DNA of 64,000 nucleotides from Trichodelitschia bisporula (taxonomy: Eukaryota): positions 434,001 through 498,000 of the forward strand of contig ML996693.1 in assembly GCA_010356995.1 (NCBI GenBank), in the 5' to 3' direction. The notes below the pieces were generated by a model that worked only from the letters and a program-made list of their open reading frames with translations, searched no databases and had not been told where the DNA came from. Below, piece by piece: positions 13,459 through 25,324 of the stretch; within the stretch, counting starts at the first letter, position 1; each line of letters begins with the position of its first letter. Position numbers and translations under genes: made by a program.

Positions 13459-14220
13459 TCAAATCCCCATCCCCACACCCCAAACCCCCACCAGCACACC
13501 AACCACCCACCCCTTCACTCCAATCTTCCCACCTCCACTCTTAGCTTCCGGCGGCGCCGTCGTCCTCAAAGGCGGCCACCCGGTCCCGGCCCCCGTCCCA
13601 TTCCTAACCTCAACCCAACTCGCCGCCAACACCTTCCCGAGCTTCGCCTCCTTCACAAAGCGGCGAATATCAAACCCAACCCGATCCTCCCTGGACCGCG
13701 CGGGGTTAATATTCGCATAACTCTGCGGGATGACGAAGCCCGCCGGCTGCGCGTAGAGCAGGAACACGTATCTGTGCGCGAAGTCGTTCGGCGGCGGCGA
13801 TGGCTGGCGGTAGGGCGTCCCCGGGGGTGGGATTGGGATGAGGAGGGCGGAGCCCGGGGGTGAGGGTGGTGGAATGGACGGGACGAACCAGTGCAGGCTC
13901 ATTTCGCGGGTGGTGTTGTCGCGTTTTGGGACGTCGAGGTCGATCATGAAGAGGATGGATTGGGAGGTTGGGGGGAGGGAGGCGGGGGGGAGGATCGAAG
14001 GCGGCATGCGTGTTTCTGGACTCGTGTCAGTGGGGTGTGAGGGAGGGGATAGGAACTGCGTACCTGGTCGTGATAGCTGCTTCCCAGCCGGCTGCAGTGT
14101 CGTGTTCTCGTACGTCACGCTGAGGAACTCGCTTACAGCGATCGGGAAGCCAGGCGGGGTCTGAGCGGCCGCAGACCGCAAGACCGCAAGCAAGACCGGT
14201 ATGGCAGCGAGCACGAACAT
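13459..14220 (-). CDS. Secreted, probably GPI-anchored PEBP (phosphatidylethanolamine-binding protein) family protein
   Basis: Signal peptide, MIDLDVP..LHW and PSPP..HRYVFLLY motifs, hydrophobic C-terminus. Likely short intron at ~14019-14063. Confidence 0.85.
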   Translation of the reverse strand: MFVLAAIPVLLAVLRSAAAQTPPGFPIAVSEFLSVTYENTTLQPAGKQLSRPGTQFLSPPSHPTDTSPETRMPPSILPPASLPPTSQSILFMIDLDVPKRDNTTREMSLHWFVPSIPPPSPPGSALLIPIPPPGTPYRQPSPPPNDFAHRYVFLLYAQPAGFVIPQSYANINPARSREDRVGFDIRRFVKEAKLGKVLAASWVEVRNGTGAGTGWPPLRTTAPPEAKSGGGKIGVKGWVVGVLVGVWGVGMGI

Positions 14221-14698
14221 GGCGAAGACGAGATTAGCAATAGGGCAGCTCAGTAGCCGGGTGGGACCGTGAACGACAACGTAGAAGGCAGATCTAGGGT
14301 GCTTAAGAACGGGACGACGGATCCTCCCTCTTTATGGATTGCTTGATTTTAGGCTCCGCTGTGGTGGTGGGCGGGGGCACACACGGCGTGGGATTGCGTG
14401 GGCCATCAGGGCGTGTGCGTTGAGCAATCAGCACTGGGGAGGGCACGGCGCACACGGCGCTGAGCACCCCCCCGCTCAGCTTGTTGCAGAAACATATGCC
14501 GGGAATTGCACTGTGATGTTTTGCATTTATATGGCTGCACGGACGGGCTTCCATCGATGACGCGGACCCTGGAGCGCCGAGGTTGCCAAGGGGGAATTTG
14601 GCTGTGACAAGCAGCGTAAGGGCCGGGGGGGGGAGGGGGTGCCCGGCAATATAGCAGGGGGGAGGGTATAGTGGTGTCATTCGGGGTAGTATATGTAC

Positions 14699-16116
14699 TT
14701 ATATCGCCTTGAACATGTTGATGCTCCTGGTAGGTTGTCGGTCAGTGATCTCGAGAGGAAAGGGGAAGACGTACGGATGAGCCATCGCTACGGGGTGCGA
14801 CTTGTTGCTCCAGTCCCCTTTGAACAGCGTCCCACCGTCCTCGCACTTACTTCCAAGAGACTTGTACAGTCAGAGAGGGGACCGCAGGTACGTAGCCTCG
14901 GTGTGACAATACTTACGGCGTTGTCGATCCAGCCAGGCTCCCAGTACATGATACCTTGGCCCAAACCATTGGGTACTGCCTTGACAACTTCGGCAACCTT
15001 CTGCATCCATGTCACCTGACCTGCCGGTGTGAACGGGATGGATCGCAAGCTCGGCGGGATGTTGCTGCCAGCCTGCGAGCACTTTGTCGGCCAGTCGGTT
15101 TCGGTGACAACAATAATTTTGCCATATCTAGATGTTTCAGCAGCGGCTCAATGAAGCCTAGAACCCATACTTTTTGGCCATATTAGTCATGCAACTGCGG
15201 AAGTTGTCGAACGTCGACTCCTTCGGGTCCCAGAATGGGTAGAACGAGATGCCTTGTACGTCGACGTCGCGCATGTTGAAGCCGGCCTTGACGATGCCAT
15301 CGTAGAACCACTCTTGCGTTGACCACGAGCTGTCCGGTCAGAAGGGCTCCGTCCGAAACGGGTAACTTACTAGCCTCTATCCAGATGAATCATCACCTTG
15401 GCCTTGGACTTGTATTGCGAATTTCGGACGGCGTGCGAGGCTGCGGTCAGAATTTTGGCAATATTGCCCATTTGGTCGTACTGCAGAAGTTAGATTTCTC
15501 GAAAGACATAGCCGAGTTCCGGACCTTTGCCGTTGGCCATAGCAAACCTGCCCTGACTTCATTTCCAATGCCGACGAGGTTGACATCGAGACCGGCCTGA
15601 AAAGGATCAGTTGCAAATCACCAATTGCAAGTGTTCGGAAAACGCCGTACAGCGAAAAATGCATCGAGGACCTCGGTGGTGTAGTTCTTAACTTTGGCGA
15701 TGAGTTGTTCGGCACCGAGATTGCTCCACGCGGCCGGTTTGATCTGATGTCCAGGATCGGCCCAAGTGTCCGAGTAGTGCAGGTTCAGCACTACCGCGAG
15801 TCCGGCAGCCTGTGCTCGCTTGCCGAGCTTGAGAGCGTAGTTGAGGTTGTAGTTGCCGTCAGGCGGGTTGACCCAACTGGCGGTTTAACAGCTGCATGTG
15901 AGATGAAAGAGCTGAGGCAACGCACACTCGGATCTTGGCGCTGTTTGCACCGCCCTGCTTCATTAAGGCCTCGAGAGGGTGAGCACTACCCTCAAGTGAC
16001 TTGTACACGACACCTTTGGCTTCCTCGACTAGAAGCGAGGAAATGTCTTGTGTCTTCCATGTCAGAGCGGCGAGGGCAGCGCAAGCCAAATTTAGAACAA
16101 AGCAGAAACGCAACAT
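14699..16116 (-). CDS. GH53 endo-beta-1,4-galactanase, 8 exons
   Basis: Manual splicing of 7 short GT-AG introns gives an uninterrupted frame: signal peptide, DISSL, RVWVNP, LHYSDTWADPGHQ, IGNE (acid/base), SFYPFW, VTETDWP (nucleophile), YWEPGW. Stop at 14699-14701. Confidence 0.92.
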
Positions 16117-16535
16117 GGCGAGGACCTATAGAAGGAAGGATTTGAGAAACCGATTTTACTGTACCTATTCTGCCTTTTCATGGCTCTGGCAAAAATGCTG
16201 CTGGTTACAGGTTGATGAGGCTATATTGAATTCTCCGATGGTCGTTCCCCGTCCAGTTTAAGACCGGGGCACAGAACTCTGAAGCGCATCACCAAAGGGT
16301 CTGTCAGTGCGACTGTTTACACTCGAAAAGTACGGTTCAGCTTGGGTGTCATTCCGATATAGACCATTTGAAGGGTTGAGTAGATGCGAAGAAGGCGGCA
16401 TCTTGGCCGGTCTTGGAGGGACTTGTCTGGTAAATTACAGTTAGATGCGTTACGTAGGCACAGAGAAGCCGAAGAAGAGGCGACTGCAGTGTAGAGCGCA
16501 GAGAAGTGTTACGGTGGAGGTAGTGGGAGCATTTT

Positions 16536-16569
16536 TGATGTCTGATGTCTGATGTCTGATGTCTGATGT
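16536..16569. repeat. 7-bp tandem repeat (TGATGTC) x~5
   Basis: Read directly. Confidence 0.85.
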
Positions 16570-17464
16570 TCGTGAGAAGCTGAGGTTGGCGTCGTTCGTG
16601 GAGACGCGCCACCAGATTGACGCGATCTGACAAGTTGATGCCTGACGGTCACCTCCACTCCACCTCCAGGCATCCCACGGGTCAGGCCACGTCGCCGGCG
16701 TCGAGATTAAAAGAGGCAGGAGCTTTGAAGAAGCTTGCATTGCCCCTTTTGGCTGGTAATTACTCCGAACGGCTTGCGTAACGTCGTTGCTAACCGAGAT
16801 GATACATGCTAACGCTTTGGTGCTTTGCTTTTTGCCTTGATACGGGTCGGTAGGTCGGCGCAAGCGCGGGGTCGGCGCAGTTTGATGCCACCGGAGGTTC
16901 GCAGTCGGGAAGGGTAATTAAAGACCAGACAGCTGAAAATCAAAAGAGCCCCGCCTCCGATGTCCGGCGTCGGGGGAGCCGGGAAGTGGCATCAAGCAGT
17001 GAGAGAAACTGGGAGCAGCTAGCCAGCCTTACGAGAAATGGCGGCTGTCCGGCCAAGCGCTTACCATGACAGTCGAGGGTGTCCCGAATAATCCCAGTAG
17101 TTCGATTCGGCATACTACGTATGCATGATACATGCAGCAAGACGCACCGCGAGATGGGGTGCCATGCTTTGCGAGATGTGTGTGCAGCCAGTCTGGTCCT
17201 TGGATGTTATTTCCGCCGTGATGTTGCTCGGGTGTCGAGAGTTGCGACGGTGCCCAAAATGGTCAGGCAACTTCACTGTACGGAGTATGTTGCCACGATC
17301 AGTCACGTAGGATATTGCGTGTACCGCACAGTTCTGAAGAAGAACACTCTGCCAACAAGCCCCGCCAACTTTTCTATATTCTCCCACCCATCAATAAGCC
17401 AAGTCGATTACACTTTCCGTATCCTCGATGTGACCCACCCCATACGAACCACCCCCCCCCTCTC

Positions 17465-17530
17465 TCTCCCCAAAAGCGCCCTCCCTCCCCAAAAGCGCCC
17501 TCCCTCCCCAAAAGCGCGCCCTCCCCAAAG
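17465..17530. repeat. Imperfect ~20-bp C-rich tandem repeat (core CTCCCCAAAAGCGC) x3
   Basis: Read directly. Confidence 0.7.
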
Positions 17531-17709
17531 TTGTCCCCCAAGTCGCCACACGTTACGGCTATTGGCTGGGCTCGCCACCAACCCCTACAAAGGGAAGACG
17601 CACCTCCCGGATCCTGTGGTCATCCCAACTGATTCACCCAGTTGACCAACTGAACGGAACGCCCCGAACATCTTGACATTCTTTCTCTCATCACCATTTC
17701 CTCTTATCC

Positions 17710-17794
17710 CAATCATCTCAATCATCTCAATCATCTCAATCATCTCAATCGTCTCAATCATCTCAATCGTCTCAATCATCTCAATCGTCTCAAT
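17710..17794. repeat. 9-bp minisatellite (CAATCRTCT) x~9
   Basis: Units AATCATCTC and AATCGTCTC. It generates the spurious IETIEM / IISIIS ORFs. Confidence 0.9.
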
Positions 17795-18282
17795 AAACTC
17801 TCTCACAACTTTGAGCAGACAAAAGTTATCAGCTCGTCACAAAAAAATTCGTGTCACTTCAACTGTTTCCCCGCATCGTTCTGCTGTCCGACCCCCCTGT
17901 TTCATCTCCAAAGCTGTGTGCTGCTGCCGCGCCGAGGGGGAAGCTTGGAAAGAGGCCACTCTACACTTTTAGAAGCAGGAACCGCCAACAACCACACCTC
18001 ACAACAACACTCCTACCGCACCTTCTCTCTCTCCCAACAGCCCATCGTCGTCATTGCTATACTTCCTCGCGCCTTCCCGTAACACGCTCCGCACAGAACC
18101 CCAAGGAGGGCTTGTAAGCCTCCTTGCATTCAATCCCCCCCTCCCACCCAGCGACAAAAGTACACCTCGCCTTCCGCTCACCACCCCACTCCACAGTTCC
18201 ACAACCCGAGGCTTCTACATACACACATCCTTCTATACCTTCGATCCTTCTTCCTCCACACTCATCCGCAAGGAAAGCAGCC

Positions 18283-19545
18283 ATGGAGTCGTACGCCTAC
18301 ACTGTCCTCGGTTGGGCCGTCATCATCGGCGTTGGCGGCAGCGCCTACTACTACTACCAGAAGTCCGATCGGAACCGTCGTCCCTTCCGTGGCCGTGCCA
18401 ACCGTGTGCCGGCCATCGAACACATTGAAACGCGTCCCGTGCGGGGTCGCCGTCGGGATGAGAAGCGTGCCGTTGGCGCCGAGCCGCCGAAGGACGCTCC
18501 GAAGAAACAGTCTCGTACTGCTGCGGTCTCGTCCAGCGTCGACGTTCCTGTGTACGAAAAGGTGGAGGATGAAGATAATGACCTGAACTGGGCCCGCGAA
18601 CTCGCCAACCGCAAGAAGGGCACCACCTTGGCGCCTCCTAACCGTGCCGACTCTCGTACGAAGACGGTCAGGCAGCAGAAGGCCAACAAGGTGGCGGAGG
18701 CCAACAAGGTGGCGGAGGCCTCGGCGGCGTCTTCGACTACAGGTGGCGATGCAGATGACGATCTGTCTCCGGCACTGTCGCCGACTGTTCCCACCCGGGC
18801 TAACGGCCTTCCGAGCAGTGGCGATGTCTCCGATATGCTCGAGCCTGCGGCGCCCGGTCCTTCCGTACTGAGGATTACCGAGCCCAGTGCACCTGTGAGG
18901 TCGGACTCCCAGAAGCAGCGTACTCCGACTCAGCAGGAATCGAAGAAGGCGCGTCAGAACCGGAAGAAGGCGGAGGAGAAGCGGCTACAACGTGAAGAGG
19001 ATGAGAAGCTGCGGCGCGCTCTGGAAGAGAAGCAGCGTCGTACTGCTCGCGAATCTCGAGGCGAGCCGGCTAAGAATGGCGTCGCTACACCGGCTCCGGC
19101 AAGCGTATGGACAGCCCAGAACGCGAAGCCGACCATGAACGGAGGTCTGCTCGACACCTTCGTGCACGACAATGTGTCAACGGGCTCTAGCAACGTTCCG
19201 CACAGTGCAGCTTCCACTTCCACCAACGAGCCGGACTGGGGACACAATCTGCCATCCGAGGAGGAGCAGATGCGGCGGCTGATTGAGAACGACGAAAGCT
19301 CCTGGAACACGGTGTCCCGTAAGCAGAAGACGAGCAAGAAGGCCCGCGAGGATGGCACGGGTACTGACAGTGACAATCTGGCCCGTGGCGATGAGACCGT
19401 TCGTAGCGACGAGACTGTCCGGGCGCCTCGAAAGGAACCAACCGCCCCGACCAAGCCCTACAACCCCGGCCAGGTGAACTACGCACCGGATGGCACGTTC
19501 CTGGGTCCAAAGCATGAGTTGGATTCCGAGTGGACAGTCACCTGA
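18283..19545 (+). CDS. Fungal hypothetical protein with an N-terminal membrane anchor and a coiled coil
   Basis: GCCATGG start context, N-terminal TM (LGWAVIIGVGGSAYYYY), SKKARQNRKK coiled coil, strongly coding-like codon usage. Confidence 0.8.
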   Translation: MESYAYTVLGWAVIIGVGGSAYYYYQKSDRNRRPFRGRANRVPAIEHIETRPVRGRRRDEKRAVGAEPPKDAPKKQSRTAAVSSSVDVPVYEKVEDEDNDLNWARELANRKKGTTLAPPNRADSRTKTVRQQKANKVAEANKVAEASAASSTTGGDADDDLSPALSPTVPTRANGLPSSGDVSDMLEPAAPGPSVLRITEPSAPVRSDSQKQRTPTQQESKKARQNRKKAEEKRLQREEDEKLRRALEEKQRRTARESRGEPAKNGVATPAPASVWTAQNAKPTMNGGLLDTFVHDNVSTGSSNVPHSAASTSTNEPDWGHNLPSEEEQMRRLIENDESSWNTVSRKQKTSKKAREDGTGTDSDNLARGDETVRSDETVRAPRKEPTAPTKPYNPGQVNYAPDGTFLGPKHELDSEWTVT

Positions 19546-19988
19546 GCGTTGCCCTGCTCCGTATGGCGTTGGATAATGCTTTCCTGTCATGTATTCTATT
19601 GCGTGTACGTGTTTGTTGGCCACGATGGCCGGGAGTTCGGGGCTACTGCCGTGGGGTTTATGGCATTCAAAATGTTTCTTCTACATGGATGTTCTTTCGG
19701 CTGGTTTAGCGGTTGAGATGCGGGTAGCATGGGGGAGAGGGGGAATGGAATCGTGTTTGTTGTAGGATGTCAAGCGGTGTCTTATAGTCGTATGCATGCT
19801 GTTCACTAATGCGGCATTGGGTGTCTCATGGCAGAGATGAAGAATGACTGACGCCTCTAGCACCAAAGGATCATCAACCCAGACAGCCTCCATCCGGAAT
19901 CCAGAACGAGCAAACGTAACCCATCAAGCGCCGAACGAGCAACGCCCAACCCTGTCGCACTCAAACCAAGCAAACCAAAAGCATCCCA

Positions 19989-21206
19989 TCAAACCCCCAC
20001 CGTACCGACCGGCCTCGCCACCGTCGTCCCCGCCGTCCCTACCGGCTCATTGCCACTCGCCATCGCCGCCCTGCGGCTGACCGGATCCACAGGCTGAACC
20101 CCCGGCTCTAGGATCGGCGTCTTCGGCTCCCGCGCGCGGTCCCGTCTATGCCGCTTGAACCAGCGATAAATCGCATAAAGCAGCATACTCAACAACGCTA
20201 GCCCCACTATCGCAGCAATGGTATTCAGCGCCGCCGCCAGCCTGTTCTGGTCATTGCGCGCCAGGTGGTGGGTCAGCACGCTGCAGCGGTTGAGACAGGT
20301 CCGGTGGTCGGTGCAGGAGGGTAATGCGCCGTAGGGGGCGGCGGACCATTGGCAAGTTGTGAAGGGGATGGTTTTTGTGACGTGCGCCATGCGGGTGGGG
20401 ATTGCGGGGGTTGTGTAGAGGGCGAGCGGGGTGGGGGAGCAGCTGCTCCCGGCGTAGGACATGCAGATGGACATGAGGCAGGAGGCGGATTTGCCGGGGA
20501 GGCCGGTCCAGAGGGTGCAGGCGGAGAGGGAGGTGAACATGGCGGCGGAGGAGGGGGGCGGTGGGAAGGAGGTTGCGAATTTGGCGGCTGGTGTTGCGCG
20601 AGGGGCGAGGCGGGTTGGGGGGGCGGTGGAGGCGGGGGAGAGTGTGGGGGAGGGTGTTGCCCGTGGACCGGGGCCGTGGCGGAGGTCGAGATGGTCGGTG
20701 TGGGTGGGTGGGCCGGTGGGTGTGGGTGTTGGGAAGGGGTTTTGACCCGCGGGGCGGTGGCGGTAGGCTTGGAGGGAGGGGGAGTTGGCCCAGAGGCAGA
20801 TTGGGGAGGGGTCTGGGGTGGTCAGCGTTGCTTTAAGGGAGGTGAGGGAGGTGAGGGAGGTGAGGGAGATGGAGAAGATGGGGCACGGGGAGACGGGGAA
20901 GCTACCGCATATCGCCGCGTCCTCGCCGCGGCACACGATCTCGCAGAGCACCCCGGCGTCGAATCCGCATTCCGCAATGGTGTAGGCGCATTCTTCGCAC
21001 GTGGGGTTGAAGGGCGCCCAGCGGTTCATGGTGCTGAGCATGGATTTGTTGTGCGAGAGGAGGGCGTTGCAGCCTTTGCACTGGGCGAGCCAGTCGTGCA
21101 CGGCAGTGCCGTGGCATAGGTCTTGGGGGATGGCGGAGACATAGGAGGATAGGAGGAGAGCGAGCATGATGAGGACGGGGCCTGGGAAGAGGCCCCGGGT
21201 ATACAT
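19989..21206 (-). CDS. Cys-rich single-pass (type I) membrane protein, unknown family
   Basis: Signal-like segment, Cys-rich blocks separated by a Pro/Thr linker, TM (TIAAIVGLALLSMLLYAIY) followed by basic residues. Probable in-frame 93-nt intron at 20813-20905. Confidence 0.7.
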   Translation of the reverse strand: MYTRGLFPGPVLIMLALLLSSYVSAIPQDLCHGTAVHDWLAQCKGCNALLSHNKSMLSTMNRWAPFNPTCEECAYTIAECGFDAGVLCEIVCRGEDAAICGSFPVSPCPIFSISLTSLTSLTSLKATLTTPDPSPICLWANSPSLQAYRHRPAGQNPFPTPTPTGPPTHTDHLDLRHGPGPRATPSPTLSPASTAPPTRLAPRATPAAKFATSFPPPPSSAAMFTSLSACTLWTGLPGKSASCLMSICMSYAGSSCSPTPLALYTTPAIPTRMAHVTKTIPFTTCQWSAAPYGALPSCTDHRTCLNRCSVLTHHLARNDQNRLAAALNTIAAIVGLALLSMLLYAIYRWFKRHRRDRAREPKTPILEPGVQPVDPVSRRAAMASGNEPVGTAGTTVARPVGTVGV

Positions 21207-22021
21207 GTTGGCTTTTGGGGGTGAAGTATGCTGTGTGGGGATGCGGATGGTTGGAAGAGGCAGAGGGGGAAGATGGGTTGATAAAGGCGTGGAGGGTGGA
21301 CTGATGGGTTGCTGCGAGGGGATTGGGGAAGGGGAGGAGGGCATTGTGGGTGAAGGAGCGGTTTGAGGGCGGTTGGAGAAGGGAGTATGCAGCAAGGCTG
21401 GGCTCGAGATGGAGGAAGTGGTGATTGCGAGGCTGAGGCGGACGGTGGCCCCTGGCTTGCTTACCTGATTGGGCATGGGATCGCGATGTCGAGTTTGGCT
21501 TCAAGTTCGCAGGTATTAATCTTTCATCGTTAGTATTCAATTGCAAAGCATCGGCTCCTCGAACTGTACTCCAATGCGCAATTGAGATGTCCGACGTCCG
21601 CGATCGAACCATTTGTACCGCATCCAATCCCTTCGCCGAGACCTGACGATCCCAGATGCAGCGAGCACGACCTGAAGAACCCCCACATTCCGGCCACCTC
21701 TCTCACTCTCCCAACTCCGTCATCCTCGCTCCATCCACTTTCGATGACGAATTCACAGCTCCAGCAAAAATTCTCTCTTACGAGCAATTAATCAAGCAAG
21801 CGCCCCCGGTAAACCCCACAGCCCACCTTCATCATCGCGCGTTGCCTAGCAACCAGCGCACGGACCACAATCACCAGTTGTCCGCCGCACCACGATACCG
21901 CGAGCCTCACCAGACCACAATCACCGCAAAACCCGTACGAGCATGCGTGCAGACAATTGAGGTACGTCTCTGTCCCAATCGACGTCCCACCGAATGCTGA
22001 CTTCTCAGAACCATACCAAGC

Positions 22022-22858
22022 ATGCACATTCCGCTCGCCCTCCTCCCCCTCCTGGGTCTCACCAGCGCATCCTTCGCTCCATTCCTTCCTCACTCAGAAG
22101 ACGTATTCTCCCCCTTCCTCCCGCCCTCAACCAGCAACACAACCTCCAAATTCCTCCTCCACAAACGCCTCACCTGCGACAAAGGCTGGTCCTCCTGCGC
22201 CGCCCTCTCCGGCGGCTCCGCCCTCTGCTGCCGCACAACCGCGCAATGCGCCTCCGACCAAGCCGGCAACGTCGCCTGTTGCCCGTCAGGGGCCGTGTGC
22301 ACCGGCACACTCGGCACGCCGAACCCAACGAATACCAACACCGGCATCGTCATTGGCGGGAGCGGCGCGCCGTCGCCCACTACCTCCACTACGAGTAGCA
22401 CGAGCGGTGGGGGCTTTTTCATCGGCGGGAGCACCACGCCGACGACTGCATTTCAGGCGGCGTCCACGCTGAGCAATGCGTACTTCCCGTACCCGTACAT
22501 TGCGACGACATACAGCAATGCCGCGGCGTGCAGCAGCGCGTATACGGCGTGTCAGAGCGACTACGCGCGGTGCACGGGGTATGTGGGTGGTTCGGGAGGG
22601 GGCGTTACGATCGCAGCGCCGAATGGCGGGGTTACGGTCCAAGGGCCGAGTGTTACGTACCCCGCGGCTGTGGCGACGAGTGTGTGTTCTAGTTTGAGTG
22701 CGCAGGCGTGTTATGGCCTCCAGGTGGCGGCTTGTGTTAGTTTTGGGGGGCAGGGGGGGGTGGCGACGGGGGTTGGTGTTGCGGGGGCGCGGAGGTGTGG
22801 GGTTGGGGTTGGGATGGTGGTTGGTGCCGTGGGCGCGATGGGAGGTGTGCTATTGTAA
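22022..22858 (+). CDS. Putative GPI-anchored Cys/Ser/Thr-rich cell-wall protein
   Basis: Signal peptide, KR site, Cys-rich domain (CCRTTAQC..ACCPSGAVCTG), S/T-rich linker, hydrophobic C-terminus. Confidence 0.82.
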   Translation: MHIPLALLPLLGLTSASFAPFLPHSEDVFSPFLPPSTSNTTSKFLLHKRLTCDKGWSSCAALSGGSALCCRTTAQCASDQAGNVACCPSGAVCTGTLGTPNPTNTNTGIVIGGSGAPSPTTSTTSSTSGGGFFIGGSTTPTTAFQAASTLSNAYFPYPYIATTYSNAAACSSAYTACQSDYARCTGYVGGSGGGVTIAAPNGGVTVQGPSVTYPAAVATSVCSSLSAQACYGLQVAACVSFGGQGGVATGVGVAGARRCGVGVGMVVGAVGAMGGVLL

Positions 22859-23157
22859 GGTTATTTTTTGGAGGAGGAGCGGAGGTATATAATGACGGCT
22901 GAGGGACGGACGAGGGATGGCGTTGGGGGGTATTGTAATGCTTTATGAACTATGGCCCGATATACGGGATCTTGGAATTTAAATGGGCGCTATTGAGGAA
23001 CGCTGTTTTGACGTCTATTTGCTCGATCTCGAGGTCGAGCAAATGGACGGCAAGACAGCGTTTCCTTTGCGCTTGCTGAACCGTGACTCCTTACCGACTC
23101 CGTACACCATCCAACCTGGAAAACAAATGGGTATCTCGCGCACCATTAACCGTCCGC

Positions 23158-24154
23158 CTAGTACAAAAACGTGGGTATATCAGCCAAGTTCAGATGCTCA
23201 GCCTCCTTCTTCGCCGTCGCGGCCTTGCGCTTCGCAATCTGCTCCCTCACCCTCGCCGCGGCGAGTGCCCGCGCCGGAGTTTCAGGGAAGTCGGGGACGG
23301 CAATGTTAGCCACCTCGCTTCTCGGAGATGAGTCGCAGCGCGAGGAGCCCGCCACCGAAGGCCGCCGCGCCGGTGGCCGCACCACCCGCTCCGGACCCCG
23401 GTTGCGGGCCGACTCAGCCTTACGCGGCGGGGGCATCTCGGCCGCCGGGCGGGAGCGGGGTTGCACGCACGCGTCCAGATCGTCCGTGTCGTTATCGCTC
23501 TCCTCCTTCTTCTTTGGCCGCTCCTTCCTCAGCCCCGCCGAATTAGGCATCCCCTTAGTCTGACGGGTATTCGCGGCAGGCGCGGGCGGGGCAACGACGC
23601 GACACTCCGGGCGGGAGTTTTGGCTCATGAGCCGCGCTAGGTTGGGGGATTTGAGCCATGGGTCGTCCGGGTTATCTTCCTCCCCATCCTCCTCCCCGCC
23701 GACCGACTCGCGCGCCTTGGCCTCGAGCGCGAGCCAGCTCTCCCGCCGGAGGAGCGGGGCGGTCGGGGGGTTGGTGAGGGTGTGGATGCGGGTCGCGTGG
23801 CGCGTTGTTGCCGCGTGTTTTAAACGTTTGTATTCCGCGTGGTGCAGATGGCGCGTGAAGAGCTCTGCTGTGGCGCGGAATTCGTCCTCCACCATTATCC
23901 ATTGGTCGTCGTTGGCTAGACCGGAGATCATGAGGGTTGGTTTGGGCGGGGAGGGGAGGTGGGGTGGGGAGGAGGAGGGGGGTTCGAGGGCTAGGGAGGT
24001 TAGTTTGAAAGGAGGGGAGCGTGGGGGTAGACCGACGTTTGCGGGGTGTGGATGGGGGTGGGGTGGGTGAGGGCGGGCGGCGGCGTTTGCGTTTTGGGGG
24101 TGGCGCACTTGGGAGTTCGTCGCCTGAGTCGGTCCATGGGAGGATGCGCGGCAT
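23158..24154 (-). CDS. Fungal hypothetical protein, 2 exons
   Basis: Start MPRILPW. Intron at ~23992-24037 (GTCGGT..ACTAAC..TAG) joins to the frame carrying DDQWIMVEDEF..FTRHLHHAEY and the C-terminal DIPTFL. Confidence 0.72.
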
Positions 24155-25324
24155 GGTGCGTGTTGGTGATCTGTGAGGTCGAGAAGGCGACGGGAGGACG
24201 AGAAGCTGTGATGCAGAGCCGCATTAGGAAGCTTGATGCTTGGCGTGCGTTGGGCTGAATGCCGGAGGGCGCATTAACGTGTCCCCGACGGTCACCTCCT
24301 TGACTTCGCTTCTGTTTGGGGTTAATGGAACGGTCACCCTTCAAGCATCCCCAACCAATATCCCCAACTCTAGGTTTGCCTTCTTGGTTGCATCACTCAT
24401 ATACCGCAACTCAGTAGATAAGAGCCCTGGCTGATAATGCACCTCCAGTATCGTTCGACTCAATGGTACACCCAAACAGCTCACTACGTGTGCTCGTATC
24501 AAGTCGCGTGCCGAGATGATGTGAAGAAAGGGCACTGCCCGATGCAGTAGATTTGGCCTCGACCTTCTCATTCCGCAACTCTACCGCAAAATGGGGATTG
24601 GGGACAGGCCTGCCCAGGTAGGGCGCGGCTTGTTTAGCGACTGCCTATCGCGTTGCACGGCTGGCGAGCCGCCGTAGATGAACTGTATCGCCCCCCCGGG
24701 ATATCTGCCGCAGCGCCCGCATGGACGCGTGCTGGGTACCTGAATACGTGCCTGGTGATATGGGCCTGGGGCGGAGCTCACGAGCTTGTTTACCCCAGCG
24801 ACTACGGATGCAGACATCCAAGACTTCACGCTCGGCGGTTTGAGACTGGAGTTCTGGAAGTGCTATCGTGGCCGCTATCGTGGCCGCTATCGTAACCTCA
24901 GGGATTCAGTCAAGCATCCGGCTGTTGCGGTTCCTCCCGGAGGCTGCAATCAGGGAGATCACTACATTACATTCTGCTTTGGTCCTTGTGAGCGCCCTTG
25001 GCAACCAGAAGACACTACTCAGCGGACACTTCTTTGCAGTCGCGGTAACTGCCGGATTGCCGTAGGCTTATCTTCATTGCCCGGTCAACCTACCGCCAGC
25101 GCGGCCTCCTGCCGACGCGGACCGTACAGCCTTCGGCGTCCAGCTCCAGGGGTGTGATTATCACCACAATATCCCAGAATTGCACTGCGGGAGTTGAGCC
25201 CACGACCGGCAGGCTGACTAGCGTGCAATGTCGCTCTTATTATTTTATACAACGGCTTCCACTCTGTGTTGACGTCGCTCACTCCCATCTTCATCGTTAA
25301 TCGTACTCCCTAACACCTATTGCC

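Noticed and set aside
14699..16116. GH53 gene as a fragmented pseudogene
   Set aside because: Seven canonical introns give a complete frame with both catalytic glutamates.
17585..17972. ORFs with IETIEM / IISIIS repeats
   Set aside because: Translation artefacts of the 9-bp minisatellite.
23975..24040. Apparent frameshift at a G6 homopolymer in the 23158-24154 gene
   Set aside because: Using the GTCGGT donor restores the frame, so no frameshift is needed.
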